A stretch of DNA of 64,000 bases from Candidatus Marinacidobacterales bacterium (GTDB lineage: Bacteria > Acidobacteriota > Vicinamibacteria > Marinacidobacterales > SMYC01): contig OZ250169.1 of NCBI GenBank assembly GCA_965237955.1, positions 7,200,001 through 7,264,000 of the forward strand, in the 5' to 3' direction. The notes beneath the pieces are model-generated. The model saw only the letters and a list, made by a program, of their open reading frames with translations, did no database searches and was not told where the DNA came from. The translations under genes and the position numbers were made by a program. Below, piece by piece: positions 1 to 11,692 of the stretch. Position 1 is the stretch's first letter. Every line of letters begins with the position of its first letter.

Positions 1-734
1 TGCAGCTTCTGACTCTCATCGCGATGGAGCCACCCGCGTCGTTCGACGCCGACGAAGTGCGCAACGAGAAAGTGAAACTGCTCTCCGCGGTACGAGCCGT
101 GACGTCGGAGCGCGTCGCAGTGGATACGGTCCGCGGTCAATACCGCGGTTACACCGAAGCGGAGGGCGTCGACGATGCATCGCAAACGGCCACCTTCGGT
201 GCGGTCAAGCTCTTCATCGACAACTGGCGCTGGCAGGGCGTCCCGTTCTACTTGCGCTCCGGTAAGGCGATGAGCGAGAAAGTCTCCGAGATTCTGATCC
301 AGTTTCGACGTCCCCCGTACATCATGTTCCCTCTCGCACCGGGCGCACGGCTTGCCAACAACTACCTCGCCATCTGCGTGCAACCGGATGAAGGCATGCA
401 TCTTCGCTTCGAAACAAAAGTGCCGGATACGCTGTCGGAGCTTCGATCCGTCGACATGGAGTTTCACTACGCCGACGACTTCGACAGCATCGCGATCCCG
501 GACGCCTACGAGCGATTACTGCTCGACGCGCTCCAGGGAGACGCGTCCTTGTTTTTGAGACGCGATGGCATCGAGCGCTCCTGGGAGATCATGGACCCGA
601 TCATTCGAGGCTGGGACAGCGACGACGCTCTCCCACTCGAGATCTACGAACGCGGCAGCTGGGGCCCGGGCGCATCGGGAAAGCTGCTGGCGGCAGACGG
701 TCGTGAGTGGCAACGCGGCTGCGGAATCCATTGA
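1..734 (+). CDS. zwf: Glucose-6-phosphate 1-dehydrogenase, 5' end outside window
   Basis: Motifs DNWRWQGVPFYLRSGK, QPDEG, DAYERLLLDA, GSWGP; followed by pgl. Confidence 0.97.
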   Translation, partial: QLLTLIAMEPPASFDADEVRNEKVKLLSAVRAVTSERVAVDTVRGQYRGYTEAEGVDDASQTATFGAVKLFIDNWRWQGVPFYLRSGKAMSEKVSEILIQFRRPPYIMFPLAPGARLANNYLAICVQPDEGMHLRFETKVPDTLSELRSVDMEFHYADDFDSIAIPDAYERLLLDALQGDASLFLRRDGIERSWEIMDPIIRGWDSDDALPLEIYERGSWGPGASGKLLAADGREWQRGCGIH

Positions 735-1432
735 ACGTCTTCTCCGATCGAGACGCGATGAGCTTCGCCGTGGCCCGAGCCTTCGTCGACACGGCGAAAG
801 CCTCGGAGCGCTTCGCGGTCGCGTTGATGGGCGGTAGCACCCCAGTGTCTTTCTATCGACACCTGGCCACCAACTTCGCCGACCAGGTTCCGTGGACGCG
901 TGTTCACATTTTTTGGTCGGACGAACGCTACGTGGCGCCTGACCATCCGGACAGCAACGTCGGGATGGCGCGGAAAACGTTCATCGACGCCGTGCCGATT
1001 CCCAAAGAGAATGTGCATGCCCCGAGAACGGATCTGGCGGATCCCGACGACGCGGCGCGGCTCTACGAGGAAGACCTCCGCAGTCTCCTCGGGCACGAAC
1101 CTCGTTTCGATTGGATGCTCCTCGGCCTCGGCGAAGACGGCCACGTCGCGTCGTTGTTCCCGGGCGGGGGAGCGGTCGAGGAACGTGATCGCCTCGTCGT
1201 CGCCGTACGCGATAGCCCAAAACCACCACCGGTCCGCCTCACCGTGACACCGCCTCTCATCAATCTTTCTCGAGAAATTCACATGCTCGTCGCCGGTGCA
1301 TCCAAGCGACACGCGCTTGAGAAATTCGCGGGAAAACAGTCAACGACGTGGCTACGCCCTCCGACCCTTTGGGTTGACCGCGCCGCTTCGATTGGAGATG
1401 ATCCGCGCCGCGCCGAGACCATAAATCAGTAG
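731..1432 (+). CDS. pgl: 6-phosphogluconolactonase
   Basis: GGSTP, FWSDERYV, DSN, LLGLGEDGHVASLFP; TTG start overlaps the zwf stop. Confidence 0.95.
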   Translation: MNVFSDRDAMSFAVARAFVDTAKASERFAVALMGGSTPVSFYRHLATNFADQVPWTRVHIFWSDERYVAPDHPDSNVGMARKTFIDAVPIPKENVHAPRTDLADPDDAARLYEEDLRSLLGHEPRFDWMLLGLGEDGHVASLFPGGGAVEERDRLVVAVRDSPKPPPVRLTVTPPLINLSREIHMLVAGASKRHALEKFAGKQSTTWLRPPTLWVDRAASIGDDPRRAETINQ

Positions 1433-1439
1433 GAGCGGG

Positions 1440-2063
1440 ATGAAGAAGACCATCGCCATTAGTGCACTCGCGCTTGCGTTCGCCGCAGGCACCTACGCCC
1501 AACAGGGGCACAAAGAGACAGACCGCCTCATCAAGAGAGCGGAAAACATGAAAAAGGACCTCGAAACCGCTACGGCCCAGGTTCACAAAACGCTGGACTA
1601 CTACAACACCATTATGAAAGGTGGCTCCGGCGACACGCGCAAGCTGTACAAAGACCTCACGAAAGCCATCGAGAACACCGAGAAGCGAGCCGCAAACGTG
1701 ACGAAGCGCGTCGAGGAAATGGAAGCCGAAGCCCACTCGTTCTTCGGCGAGTGGACCCAGAGCTTGCAGGGAATCACGAGCGAGGATTTGAAGAAGCGCA
1801 GCCAGGACCGGCTCAACAAGACACGCGTCCACTTCAGCGAGATTCTTGCGGCCGGCCGCCGCGCGGGTGCGGTGTTCAATCCGTTCATGGGCGCGCTCAA
1901 GGACCAGGTGGTTTACCTCGGCTACGACTTGAACGCGAGCGCGGTCGCGAGCCTCTCGGAGGACGCGAAAAAACTCAACGCAGAGGCCGACAAGCTGTTC
2001 GCGAGCATCGACGACGTCCAGAACGTCGCGGGCGAGTACGTTCTTTCGCTGAAGCCCGAGTAA
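1440..2063 (+). CDS. Secreted coiled-coil protein, DUF2959-like
   Basis: AGGAG RBS, signal peptide, helical body with FGEW and ALKDQVVYLGYDLNASAVASL. Confidence 0.7.
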   Translation: MKKTIAISALALAFAAGTYAQQGHKETDRLIKRAENMKKDLETATAQVHKTLDYYNTIMKGGSGDTRKLYKDLTKAIENTEKRAANVTKRVEEMEAEAHSFFGEWTQSLQGITSEDLKKRSQDRLNKTRVHFSEILAAGRRAGAVFNPFMGALKDQVVYLGYDLNASAVASLSEDAKKLNAEADKLFASIDDVQNVAGEYVLSLKPE

Positions 2064-2071
2064 GATTCTCT

Positions 2072-3524
2072 CTAGGGGTTGTCGGACGCCGCAGGGATAC
2101 GGGCGGCGTCCACATCCCATCCGCCACCGAGGGAGCGGTACAGCACGACCAAGTTCTGCACCGCCAAGCCTTCGCTTTCCGCAAGCTGGTCCTGGAACCG
2201 AAATAGAGAACGCTGGCTGTCGAGCACGTTCTGGAAGTTGGTCAGACCGGCGAGGTATTGGGTGCGCACCAGGTCGACCGAACGCTGAGCGGCGTCGGCG
2301 GCTTCTCTCAGACGCTCGCGGCGCTCCTGCTCCTTGACGTAGGCAATCATCGAATTTTCGACGTCTTCGATCGCGATGAGCACCGTTTGCTCGTAAGCGA
2401 GAAACGCCTGCTGAGTGCGGGCCTCCTCGACACGGACGCGGCTATGAATCCGTCCGCGGTCGAACAGGTTCCAATTGAAGCCGGGGATGATGCTCCATGC
2501 GGTGCCTGTGCTTTCGTTTCCGATATTTCCCCAATTGAACGTAAAAAAACCACGCAGGGAGAAGCTCGGGTAGAGATCGGCCGTCGCTACTCCGATAAGA
2601 GCCGTCTGAGACGCAAGGGAGCGCTCGGCGGCGCGAATGTCGGGGCGCTGCCGCATCACGTTCGCCGGGATACCAACGGCTATGGAGGCTGGTGGCGTTG
2701 GGACCTCGCTTTCTAGTGAAAGCTCTTCGTGGAGCGCGCCCGGCGTCACCGCGAGAAGCACAGCCAGCCGGTTGAGGGCAAAGTTCAGATTTTGTTCGAG
2801 TCGCGGGATCGTCGATTCGGTATCGCCGAGATTCGACTCTGCTTGGGCCACGTCGAGCGCCGAGGTGAGTCCGGCATCGAAGCGATCGCGCGTGAGCTGC
2901 AGACTTTCTCGCTGCGATTCGACGTTTGCGCGTGCAAACTCGATACGCTTCTGAAACGCCCGGACATCCACGTACGCGAGTGCGACTTCGGCGAGAAGCG
3001 ACACGAGCACGTCTCGATAGTCTTCGATGGTCGCCTCGTAGCCGGCTTCAGCGGATTCGATGTTGCGAGCGAACTTGCCGAAAATATCCATCTCCCACGC
3101 CGCATCGACGCCGATGGACAAAAGAGCGTTGGTATCGGTGGCTCCAGGAAGCGCAATCGGGAGCGCCGCTTTGCTCTGTTGACCGAGGTTGACATCACCG
3201 ACGGCGTTCACGACCGGCATACGTTCCCCGCGTGCGACGCCGACGAACCCGCGCGCTTCGCTAATGCGTGCGACCGCCTGTCGCAGATTCAAAGTTCTCC
3301 AGCTGGGCACGCTGGAGGAGCTCCTCGAGCTTGCGATCGTTGAACACGGTCCACCACGTCTGGAGGTCCGACTCGCCCGCGTCGAGGCCGTTAACGGCTG
3401 CCGTACGCCACTGGTCCGGGAGCGGCTGCTCGTTCGGAAGTGGCGCCGGCTGCTCGTAGTCCGGCCCCACTTTGCACGCGGACGCGAAAGCGGCCGCGAC
3501 GAAGAGAACCTTGAGAGTCTTCAT
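2072..3524 (-). pseudogene. RND efflux outer-membrane lipoprotein (NodT/OprM family), frameshift near 3290
   Basis: Lipobox ASACKVGPDY in ORF 3261-3524; WEMDIFG, RQRPDIRAAE and LYRSLGGGW in ORF 2072-3310. Confidence 0.9.
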
Positions 3525-6092
3525 GGCGACTCCGTTGCGCTCGTCGCCGTCGGAATAGGCTCCTTACCGCTCCGGTCGCGCAGCTTTTGTACGAGCACGA
3601 AGAACACGGGTATGAGGAAGACGCCGACAATCGTCGACACGATCATACCGCCGAACACCGCTGTCCCGAGCGCTCGCCGGCTCGCGGAGCCGGCGCCCGA
3701 GGCTACCAGAAGAGGCAGGACGCCGAAAATGAACGAGAACGCTGTCATGAGAAGCGGCCGGAATCGGAGACGAGCCGCTTCCACCGCGGCCTCGAGCGTC
3801 GGCTTGCCTTCATCACGGAGCTGCTTGGCGAACTCCACGATGAGGATCGCAGTTTTCGCCGAGAGACCGATGAGTAGCACCAGACCGATCTGTGTGTAGA
3901 CGTTGTTGTCGAGCGCTCTCAGCCAAGTCGCGAGAATCGCACCGAGGAGCGCGAACGGAATCGAGAGCAGTACAGCGAACGGAATGAGCCAGCTCTCGTA
4001 CTGCGCGGCCAGGAAGAGAAACACGAAGACGAACGCTAGGCCGAAAATCATCGGGGCCTTGATTGCCCGCGGCCAACTGCTGGTACGTAACCCCCGTCCA
4101 CTCGTACCCCATGGACGGGGGGAGGAGCCGCTCGGAAAGCTCCTCCATGGTTCGAACGGCCTCGCCCGAGCTGAACCCGGGCCGGGGAGCGCCGGTGATG
4201 CTTGCGGCTGGGTAGAGGTTGTAGCGGGTAATCGCTTGGGCCCCGACAGTGTTTTGAATACTCAAAAGCGTCCCGAGCGGGATCATGTTGCCCTGGGCGT
4301 CTCTCACTTCGAGCTGATTGATGTCTTCGACGCGTGAGCGGAACTCGGCATCCGCTTGGATCATGACGCGATACGTGCGTCCGAAGAGATTGAAATCGTT
4401 CACGTACGCCGAGCCGAGATACGCTTGCAGCGTGGCGAAGATATCCGAGAGCGGGATTCCGAGTGTTTTTGCCTTGGTGCGGTCGAGCTCCAGGTAGAGC
4501 TGGGGCACGTTCGCGCCGAAGCTGTTGTTCACGCGGGCAAGGTTCGGCTGCTGGTTCCCCTCGAAGGCGAGGTCATCGGCGATGGTTTGGAGCTGCTGCA
4601 CCCCGGCCGCCCCGCGATCTTGGAGCATGTACTCGAAGCCGCCCGCGCTCCCGAGGCCCTGGATGGGTGGAGGGATGAACGCAAACGACGTGCCCTCCTG
4701 AATCTGAAGGAGCTTCTGCGTCACCGCGTTCGCGATGGCGGTGGCATGCAGCTCGGCGCTCGGTCGATCGCTCCAGTTCTCGAGCACCGCGATGGCGGCG
4801 CCGCCGTTGCTGCTCTGGATCCCGTCGAGGAACGAGTAGCCGCCAATGGTGATGACGTCGGCGACGCCGGGCGTCTCCATCAGCGTCTGGGTTATTCCCT
4901 CGAGCACCTCCGCGGTGCGCTCGAGCGACGCACTATCGGGCAGCTTCACGTTAGCGTAGAAGTATCCCTGGTCTTCGTCGGGGATGAACCCCCCGGGAAC
5001 GACCATGAAACCGAATCCGGTCATGACGACGACCGCGACGAACAGGACCATCATGACGGCGACCCGACGCACGAATAGCTGGACGTAGCTCATGTAGGAC
5101 CTGGTCGTGCGATCGAAGATGTCGTTGAACTTGGTGAAAAACCAACCACGTTTCGCCGTCGACGACGGACGAAGCAGCATCCCGCAAAGAGCCGGACTCA
5201 GCGTCAACGCGTTGATCGACGAGAACACCGTAGCCACCGAGATGGTGATGGCGAACTGTGTGTAGAGGCGCCCGGTGATACCGCCCATCATCGCCGTGGG
5301 TACGAACACCGCAAGTAGCACTAGCGTCGTCGCGATGACGGGACCGGACACTTCATCCATCGCCTTCGCGGCGGCCTCCTTCGCGGAAAGCCCTTCGTCA
5401 TTGATGAGGCGCATCGTGTTCTCGACGACGACGATCGCGTCGTCCACGACAATACCTATGGCGAGCACCAGCCCGAACAGAGACAGCGTGTTGATCGATA
5501 GCCCCATCGCCAGCATCACGCCGAGGGTACCGAGAAGCGAGACCGGGATCGTGATCGACGGGATGAGCGTCGTCCTAAAATCCTGCAAAAAGACATAAAC
5601 CGTGAACACGACGAGAAGAACGGCGATGAACAGCGTCTCCACGACTTCCGCGATGGAAGCTTCGATCGAACGCGTCGAGTCGAAGGCGATCGTGTACTCG
5701 AGCCCGTCGGGAAACCGCGTCGCCATCTCGTCCATCGCTTCTCGGATGCCCGCAGCAATCTCGAGCGCGTTCGCGCCCGGAAGCTGATAGACCGCGAGCC
5801 CGATTGACGGCTTGCCGTTGAGCTGGACGAACCAGTTGTACGCCTGAGCTCCGAGCTCGACCCGAGCCACGTCGCGCACCCGCACGATGCGGCTCCCGTC
5901 GACTTTGAGGATCATGCTCTCGAACTCCTCGACGGTGGACAGGCGCCCGAGCGTGTTGACGGTGTACTGGAAGTCGAGTCCCATCGGAGCCGGGGGCGCT
6001 CCTATCTGTCCCGCGGCCACTTGCACGTTCTGCTCTCGAATGGCGGTTACTACGTCGTTGGTGGTGAGTCCGCGCGCCTTGAGCCGCTCTGG
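3521..6092 (-). pseudogene. HAE1/AcrB-family RND permease, 5'-truncated at about 6092 and frameshifted near 4055
   Basis: [30 protein letters not shown] and [10 protein letters not shown]; homology begins abruptly at PERLKARGLT. Confidence 0.9.
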
Positions 6093-8392
6093 CGGTGGAG
6101 CTCGCAGAGTTCCGCGCGGTCGGATTGGATAGCGCCGTCGAGGTTTCCTGGGAGACCGCGACCGAGCTCGACAACGTGGGCTTCCACCTCTTCCGCGCCA
6201 CATCGCCGTCCGGGCCCTACGTGCGCATTACCGGCCAACCGATCCCCGGCCTCGGAAGCTCGCCGGTGGGTGCGTCGTATCGATACGTCGATCGCGACGT
6301 CGTCAACGACATCACCTACTATTACGAGCTCGAGGACATCGACTCCGCGCGCACCGAGCGGCACGGTCCGGTGCACGCGGTCCCAACGAAAGTGGACACG
6401 CCGGAATCCGCCCCCGAACCCCCAGACGACACGACCCGCATCACCTACGGCACGCCCGAGAACAACTCCATCGAGGTCATCCGCCGAACCCGTGGCTACG
6501 TGATCGTCGAGCTCGTGACCGAAGGTTTCTACGCCGAGCCCGTCGAAGACGGCTCGGTGCGCATCATCGTCCCGGGATTCGAAGAGGCAGAAGCCGCGGC
6601 GCTCCCTGTCGAGCGTATCTTGCTCGACGCTGTCGCGGGCCGACGGGTCACGATCGGCAAGGCAAGAGCATCCGGTATCGCGACGTTCTCGGGATTGAGG
6701 CCCGCGGGGGCGTCCGTGCCTGACGTCGTTGCATCGCGGGACGGCACCGTGCGCGCCCGCAAGCGCCGCGCACGGCGAGCGCTCGCGTCGCGCGAGCTCG
6801 TTCCCGGCGAGTGGGCGCGCCTCGTCGACGTCGCCTATCAAGGCGAGGCCAAAAAGGCGCTCATCGAGCTCGCACCTGTGAGGTGGGATGGACCGAACGG
6901 CGAGCTTCTTGTCGCGAAGCGACTCAGGGTTCGCGTCAGCTTCCGCGGACGGGACGAGACGCGCCGGCGCACCGCCCGTCGTGGTGCCGTCGTGGCGCGG
7001 CTCGCTACCAGGGAACGCGGGATCTACGCCGTACGCTTCGAGGACGTCTTTGCGCGGCGGCGTCCCCGAACCGATCTGCGTTTGAGCCGCCAAGGTGCAA
7101 CCGTTCCGTTCCACATCGAGCCCCCGGGTCCGTTCCGTCCAGGCTCTGTCCTCTACTTCCTGAGCGATGGGGCGAACGCCAACCCCTACGGCCACGAGGC
7201 GGTGTACGAGCTCGAGGTCAGTAAGTCGGGTGAACGGATGCCGATGACCGATAGCGCTCCCGGTTCGACCGCACGCCACTATTGGACAACGGAGCGACGC
7301 GAAGAGAATCGCTACTACCAGGCCGCGCTCGTCGACGCGGAGGACCGATGGCTGTGGGATCTGCTCTTGGCCCCGGCGACGAAGTCGTACGAGTTCTCGG
7401 CGTCCGGACTCGCGCCGGGGAACGAGCCGAGCCGCGTGCGTGTGTGGCTTCAAGGAGCCACTCATTCATCTCACTCCGTCCGCTTGAGCGTGAACGGTGT
7501 CGCTCTAGCCGAGGCACGTTGGAACGGAAAGACGGCCCACCGGATCGATGCGGACATCCCGTCTGGAGCTCTCGACGAACACGCCAACCAGCTCGAGCTC
7601 CAAAACGATGCGAGCTTCTCGATGGTCATGCTGGATCGCTTCGAGGTGGACTATCCTGTAAGGCGTCGAAACGCGGCGCCGGTCGTGGTCCTCGATGTCA
7701 CCGACCACGCTCCGCGCTGGCTCGAGCCTCCCTTCCGCATCGAGGATGGGCGGCGCTACGAATGGCGACAGAACCGCTCTCGGCAGAGGTGCGACGGGCG
7801 CGGGACATGAAACGTTTTCTCAAGCGTCGCCGCGCCGAATGGATCCTGTTGGGACCACGGACGCTTCTCGACGCGGCGAAGCCACTCGTCGCGCACCGGC
7901 GGCGCCAAGGTCTCCGCACGAGGAGCGTTGCGCTCGAGGACGTCTACGAAGCGTTCGGACACGGCGAAACACCGCCAGGAGCGATCCGCGAGTTCTTACG
8001 TCATGCATACCATGAGTGGCGCGGTCTCCGGTACGTCGTGCTCCTCGGCGACGCAACCTTCGATTTCAAGGACCACCTCGGCACCGGCGTCCAAAACCAG
8101 GTACCACCTCTCATGGTGCGTACGAGCTATCTGTGGACCGCATCCGACCCTGCGTATGGCGCCGTCAACGGAGAGGATCTGCTTCCCGATATTGCCGTCG
8201 GTCGACTGCCGGCGGCATCACCAGAAAGAAGTCCTGACGATCGTCGAAAAGATTCTGGCGCATGAACGCGTCGCATCACACCCGGGGCCGGTCGTGCTCG
8301 TCGCCGACAACCCCGATCGCGCCGGCGACTTCGTCGCGCACGCGGAGGAGCTCTCGGCGAGCGTGCTCTATGGCTGGGAACAAAAGAAAATC

Positions 8393-9776
8393 GGGTCTAC
8401 GCGGGTTCGTGTGGGTTGAAAACGGCATTTCTGGGTAATGGCGGAAGGAATGCCGCCACGATCTTCAGCTTGAGATATCCCTCGTCACGATAGCCGTAGG
8501 CGCGTCGTTGCAGAACACGGATTTTGTTGTTGACCCCTTCAACCAGTCCGAGACTGACTTTGTTCTCAGGATGACAGTAGGAGGCGATACCATCCCAATG
8601 GGACTCAATCATTCCGGCGAACTTCTGGTAGGGATGCAGGCGCTGCCATTTGAGGCTGTCTTTCCAACGTGTGAAAAAGGCGCGAGCCCCGCGTTCGGTG
8701 CGGTAATCCCAGAGTTGCCCGAAGGCCTCCTTCAAAACATAGGCGGTGTTCAGGCGCCGGTTGGCCTGGAGCAACTTCTTGAGTGCGCGGCGACCGTCCA
8801 GGCTCAGGTTCTCCCGCCGGGAAAGCAACGTGTAACGCTGCCCCTTGATATACGACCGGTCCTCGCCGCTGAGGCGTTTGTACTCACGGCGCCGGACCTC
8901 ATCGAGAGCCTTTGACAGGTGACGCATGATATGAAACTTGTCGAAGATGATCCGCGCATTGGGTGCGTTGTTAATCACCGAGTTCCGGAAGGGCTTCCAC
9001 ATATCCATGGCGGCCAGCTTGATACGGGCGCTTTTCTTCCCGCCCAGCGCCTTGAAGAACAAATCGATGTCGGTTTCTTTGCGACCCTCACCGCCCACCC
9101 AGATGGGACGCGCCCGCTCCAGGTCGCTGACAATGACACGATAGTTATGTCCCTTGCGGATGGAGATCTCATCGATACCGATGGCCCGAGGCGCCGGCAG
9201 CCCCGCCCGCTCGACTTGCTCTTGCATGTAGAGCTTATCCAGGTCCTTCACCGTAGTGTGGTGCAGACGTTCCATCTCGGCCACCGCCTTGTTCGGCATA
9301 TCCCGGCACAGCTTGCCCACATGCGTCGCAAAGCGCTGGGTGTAGCGCGGGTTGTTCGCCAGCCAGTCCAAGTGTTCTACATGCACACCACCGCACCCAC
9401 GACAGTTGACGCGCCAACGCTCGTATTCCAGATAGATCCGCCAGCCTGCCAACGACAGGTCGCGGACCCGGCACACTTGCTTGTCATAGCGCCCCCGGCA
9501 CCGATGCCCACAGTACGAGCACACGGCTGTTTTTTTCGCCTCTTGAGCTGGATGACGCGGGCGTATCGGTCACCGAATACACCGTTCAATCGGGCGCCAG
9601 CCACGAAACCTGGTAGCGCAAAAAGCGAGCGGATCGACTGGGGATTTTTCACTCGGTTAGCCTATCCTAAAAACGGATCACTTCTCAGCACCTGATGAAG
9701 TGCTGAATACCTTTTCCACACAATGAGTTACACTATTTCTCCGTCAGCATTCGCCCACAGATTTCCGCGTAGACCC
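8393..9776 (-). mobile_element. ISL3-family IS, 1384 bp
   Basis: IRs GGGTCTACGCGG-N5-TGTGGG at both ends; 8-bp TSD AGAAAATC at 8385-8392 and 9777-9784. Confidence 0.95.
8397..9652 (-). CDS. ISL3 transposase in two frames joined at an A7C run near 9530
   Basis: Zn finger CSYC/CRGC, IGIDE, AMDMW, FDKFH, EGVNNKIR. Confidence 0.9.
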
Positions 9777-10408
9777 AGAAAATCTATCTCACCGAGCAGT
9801 CACCAGCGGAAGCCCGCGCGGCCATCGTCGATGCGTTCGGTGCCGAGGCGTCGCTCGTGAGCTACATCGGTCATGGCGCGATCCACTTCTGGGCTGACGA
9901 GAACATCTTCAATAGCGGCGACGTCGCGACGCTCGGCGAGCGCGACCGCCTTCCGCTTCTGCTGACGATGAACTGCCTGAACGGATACTTTCACTTCCCG
10001 TACTTCGATTCCCTGAGCGAGTCGCTTCTAAAGGCCGATGGCCGTGGAGTCGTGGCCGCTTTCTCCCCCACGGGCCTGAGCCTCGAAGACCCGGCGCACG
10101 TGTATCATCGCGCACTTCTCGAGGAGCTCATGAGCGGCCAGCACGAGAGACTCGGAGATGCCATCCTCGCTGCGCAGAGCGTGTATGCGAAAAGTGGCGA
10201 GCTCCCCGAGCTTCTGAGCATTTATCATTTACTCGGCGATCCGGCTCTCGTCATAGAGACCCGCTAGCGCCCGTACTGTACTTCTAGATCCAAGCCAGCA
10301 AGATTCTCCTCCTCACGCGCAGATGCCATTCGTCCATGAAAGGATTATGTCCTTTCTAGTTGCAGTCCTATCTGACCGAAGGACGCAGTAAACTAACTTG
10401 GCATCTTC

Positions 10409-11683
10409 ATGTATCGTTTTTTCGTTTTGGTCGCGACTCTGTCGATCGCACTTCCGTCGTTCGCTCAGGAGACGCGGCAGGAGCTCCTGCGGGAACAGCG
10501 CGAAGAAAAGCGAGCGCACGTCGAACCCTACAAACTCAACCGCGTCGAAGAACAGATGGTTCGATTCGACAAGGCAGAGTCGCCGACGATCGCCGATCGG
10601 AATTGGAAGGGCTTCTATCCCCGCATTGCTTGGCCGGCTCGGGGCTCGGGCGCGGCGCTCGGGTTCCGGTACTGGCAGCGTGATTTTTGGGGGCGCATCG
10701 ACGCGGCAGGTGCAGCATTCTATTCGCTGAAAAGCTATCAACATTATGACGTTCAGCTCGGGCTCATCCCTCACGTGGGACGGCGCATTCCGCAGAAGTC
10801 TTGGAGGGGGGACGATGTCTACGAGCTCGCGAGCACGCAGCCGGGCTTTGCGCGCATTCCGTTCTACATGACGCTCCGCTATCGCTACCTTCCACAGGAG
10901 GACTTCTACGGGCTCGGACCGGACTCAGAGCTCGAGAATCGGACGGCCTATCTCCAGGAGGAGGGCCGTCTTTATTTCACGACCGGATATCAGTTCACCA
11001 GTCACTTCGTTTGGCTTCTCAACGGCGGTTACCAACGGAACGAGATCAGAGCGGGCAAGTCGAGCACTTTCCCGAGCACCGAGGAAGTCTTCGACGATAT
11101 GACAGCGCCGGGCTTGGCGAGTCCTCCGAACTACGTTCGTTGGGGCACCCAGTTCTTCGTCGACTACCGGGACGAACCCGGAAACCCTCACAGGGGATTC
11201 ATGGTCGCGCTCGCGTACGCGCGGTTCGATGACCGAACCGAGGACAGTTTCAGCTTCGACCGCTATGGTCTCGACGCGCGCGCGTTCGTCCCGCTGGGCT
11301 CACCCCAGCGCGTCCTCGCCCTTCGAAGCGCGTTCCTCATCGACGAGGCTGACAGCGGAAACGTGGTGCCGTTTTTCATGCAACGCTCGCTCGGTGGAAG
11401 CCATACGCTTCGCGGATTCGACAGCTTCCGATGGCGCGGCGCCAGGGTCATGCTGTACCAAGCCGAGTACCGCTGGGAGCCGCTTTCGTTTTGGGACCTC
11501 AACATCTTCGTAGATGCCGGCGCAGTGGGCGGGCCGGTCGAGAGCTTGAGCTTCGACAACCTCGAAGTGGACTGGGGGTTCGGCAGCCGCTTCAAAACGT
11601 ACCGCGACATCGTCGTGCGGTTCGAGATTGCGTTCAGCAACGAAACGACTCGTTACTACCTTCGCGGGTCGACATCGTTCTAG
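10409..11683 (+). CDS. Omp85 (BamA/TamA-type) surface-antigen beta-barrel protein
   Basis: Signal peptide, SLGGSHTLRGFD (VRGF/Y-like), YQAEYRW, FVDAG, terminal F. Confidence 0.85.
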   Translation: MYRFFVLVATLSIALPSFAQETRQELLREQREEKRAHVEPYKLNRVEEQMVRFDKAESPTIADRNWKGFYPRIAWPARGSGAALGFRYWQRDFWGRIDAAGAAFYSLKSYQHYDVQLGLIPHVGRRIPQKSWRGDDVYELASTQPGFARIPFYMTLRYRYLPQEDFYGLGPDSELENRTAYLQEEGRLYFTTGYQFTSHFVWLLNGGYQRNEIRAGKSSTFPSTEEVFDDMTAPGLASPPNYVRWGTQFFVDYRDEPGNPHRGFMVALAYARFDDRTEDSFSFDRYGLDARAFVPLGSPQRVLALRSAFLIDEADSGNVVPFFMQRSLGGSHTLRGFDSFRWRGARVMLYQAEYRWEPLSFWDLNIFVDAGAVGGPVESLSFDNLEVDWGFGSRFKTYRDIVVRFEIAFSNETTRYYLRGSTSF

Positions 11684-11692
11684 GAGTTTTCG

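Larger units (their letters stand above)
6092..10267 (+). pseudogene. C25 (gingipain-like) cysteine peptidase; 5'-truncated, frameshifted near 7770 and 8225, interrupted by ISL3
   Basis: YVVLLGDATFD, PDIAVGRLPA, catalytic SYIGHG and MNCLNGYF, C-terminal YHLLGDPAL; removing the IS restores the frame (QKKIYLTEQ). Confidence 0.85.

Noticed and set aside
6050-7465. Long antisense or alternate-frame ORFs (e.g. 6050-7465, 18899-19933, 20937-21992, 29875-30918, 46705-47667)
   Set aside because: Shadow ORFs opposite well-supported genes in GC-rich DNA; no recognisable motifs
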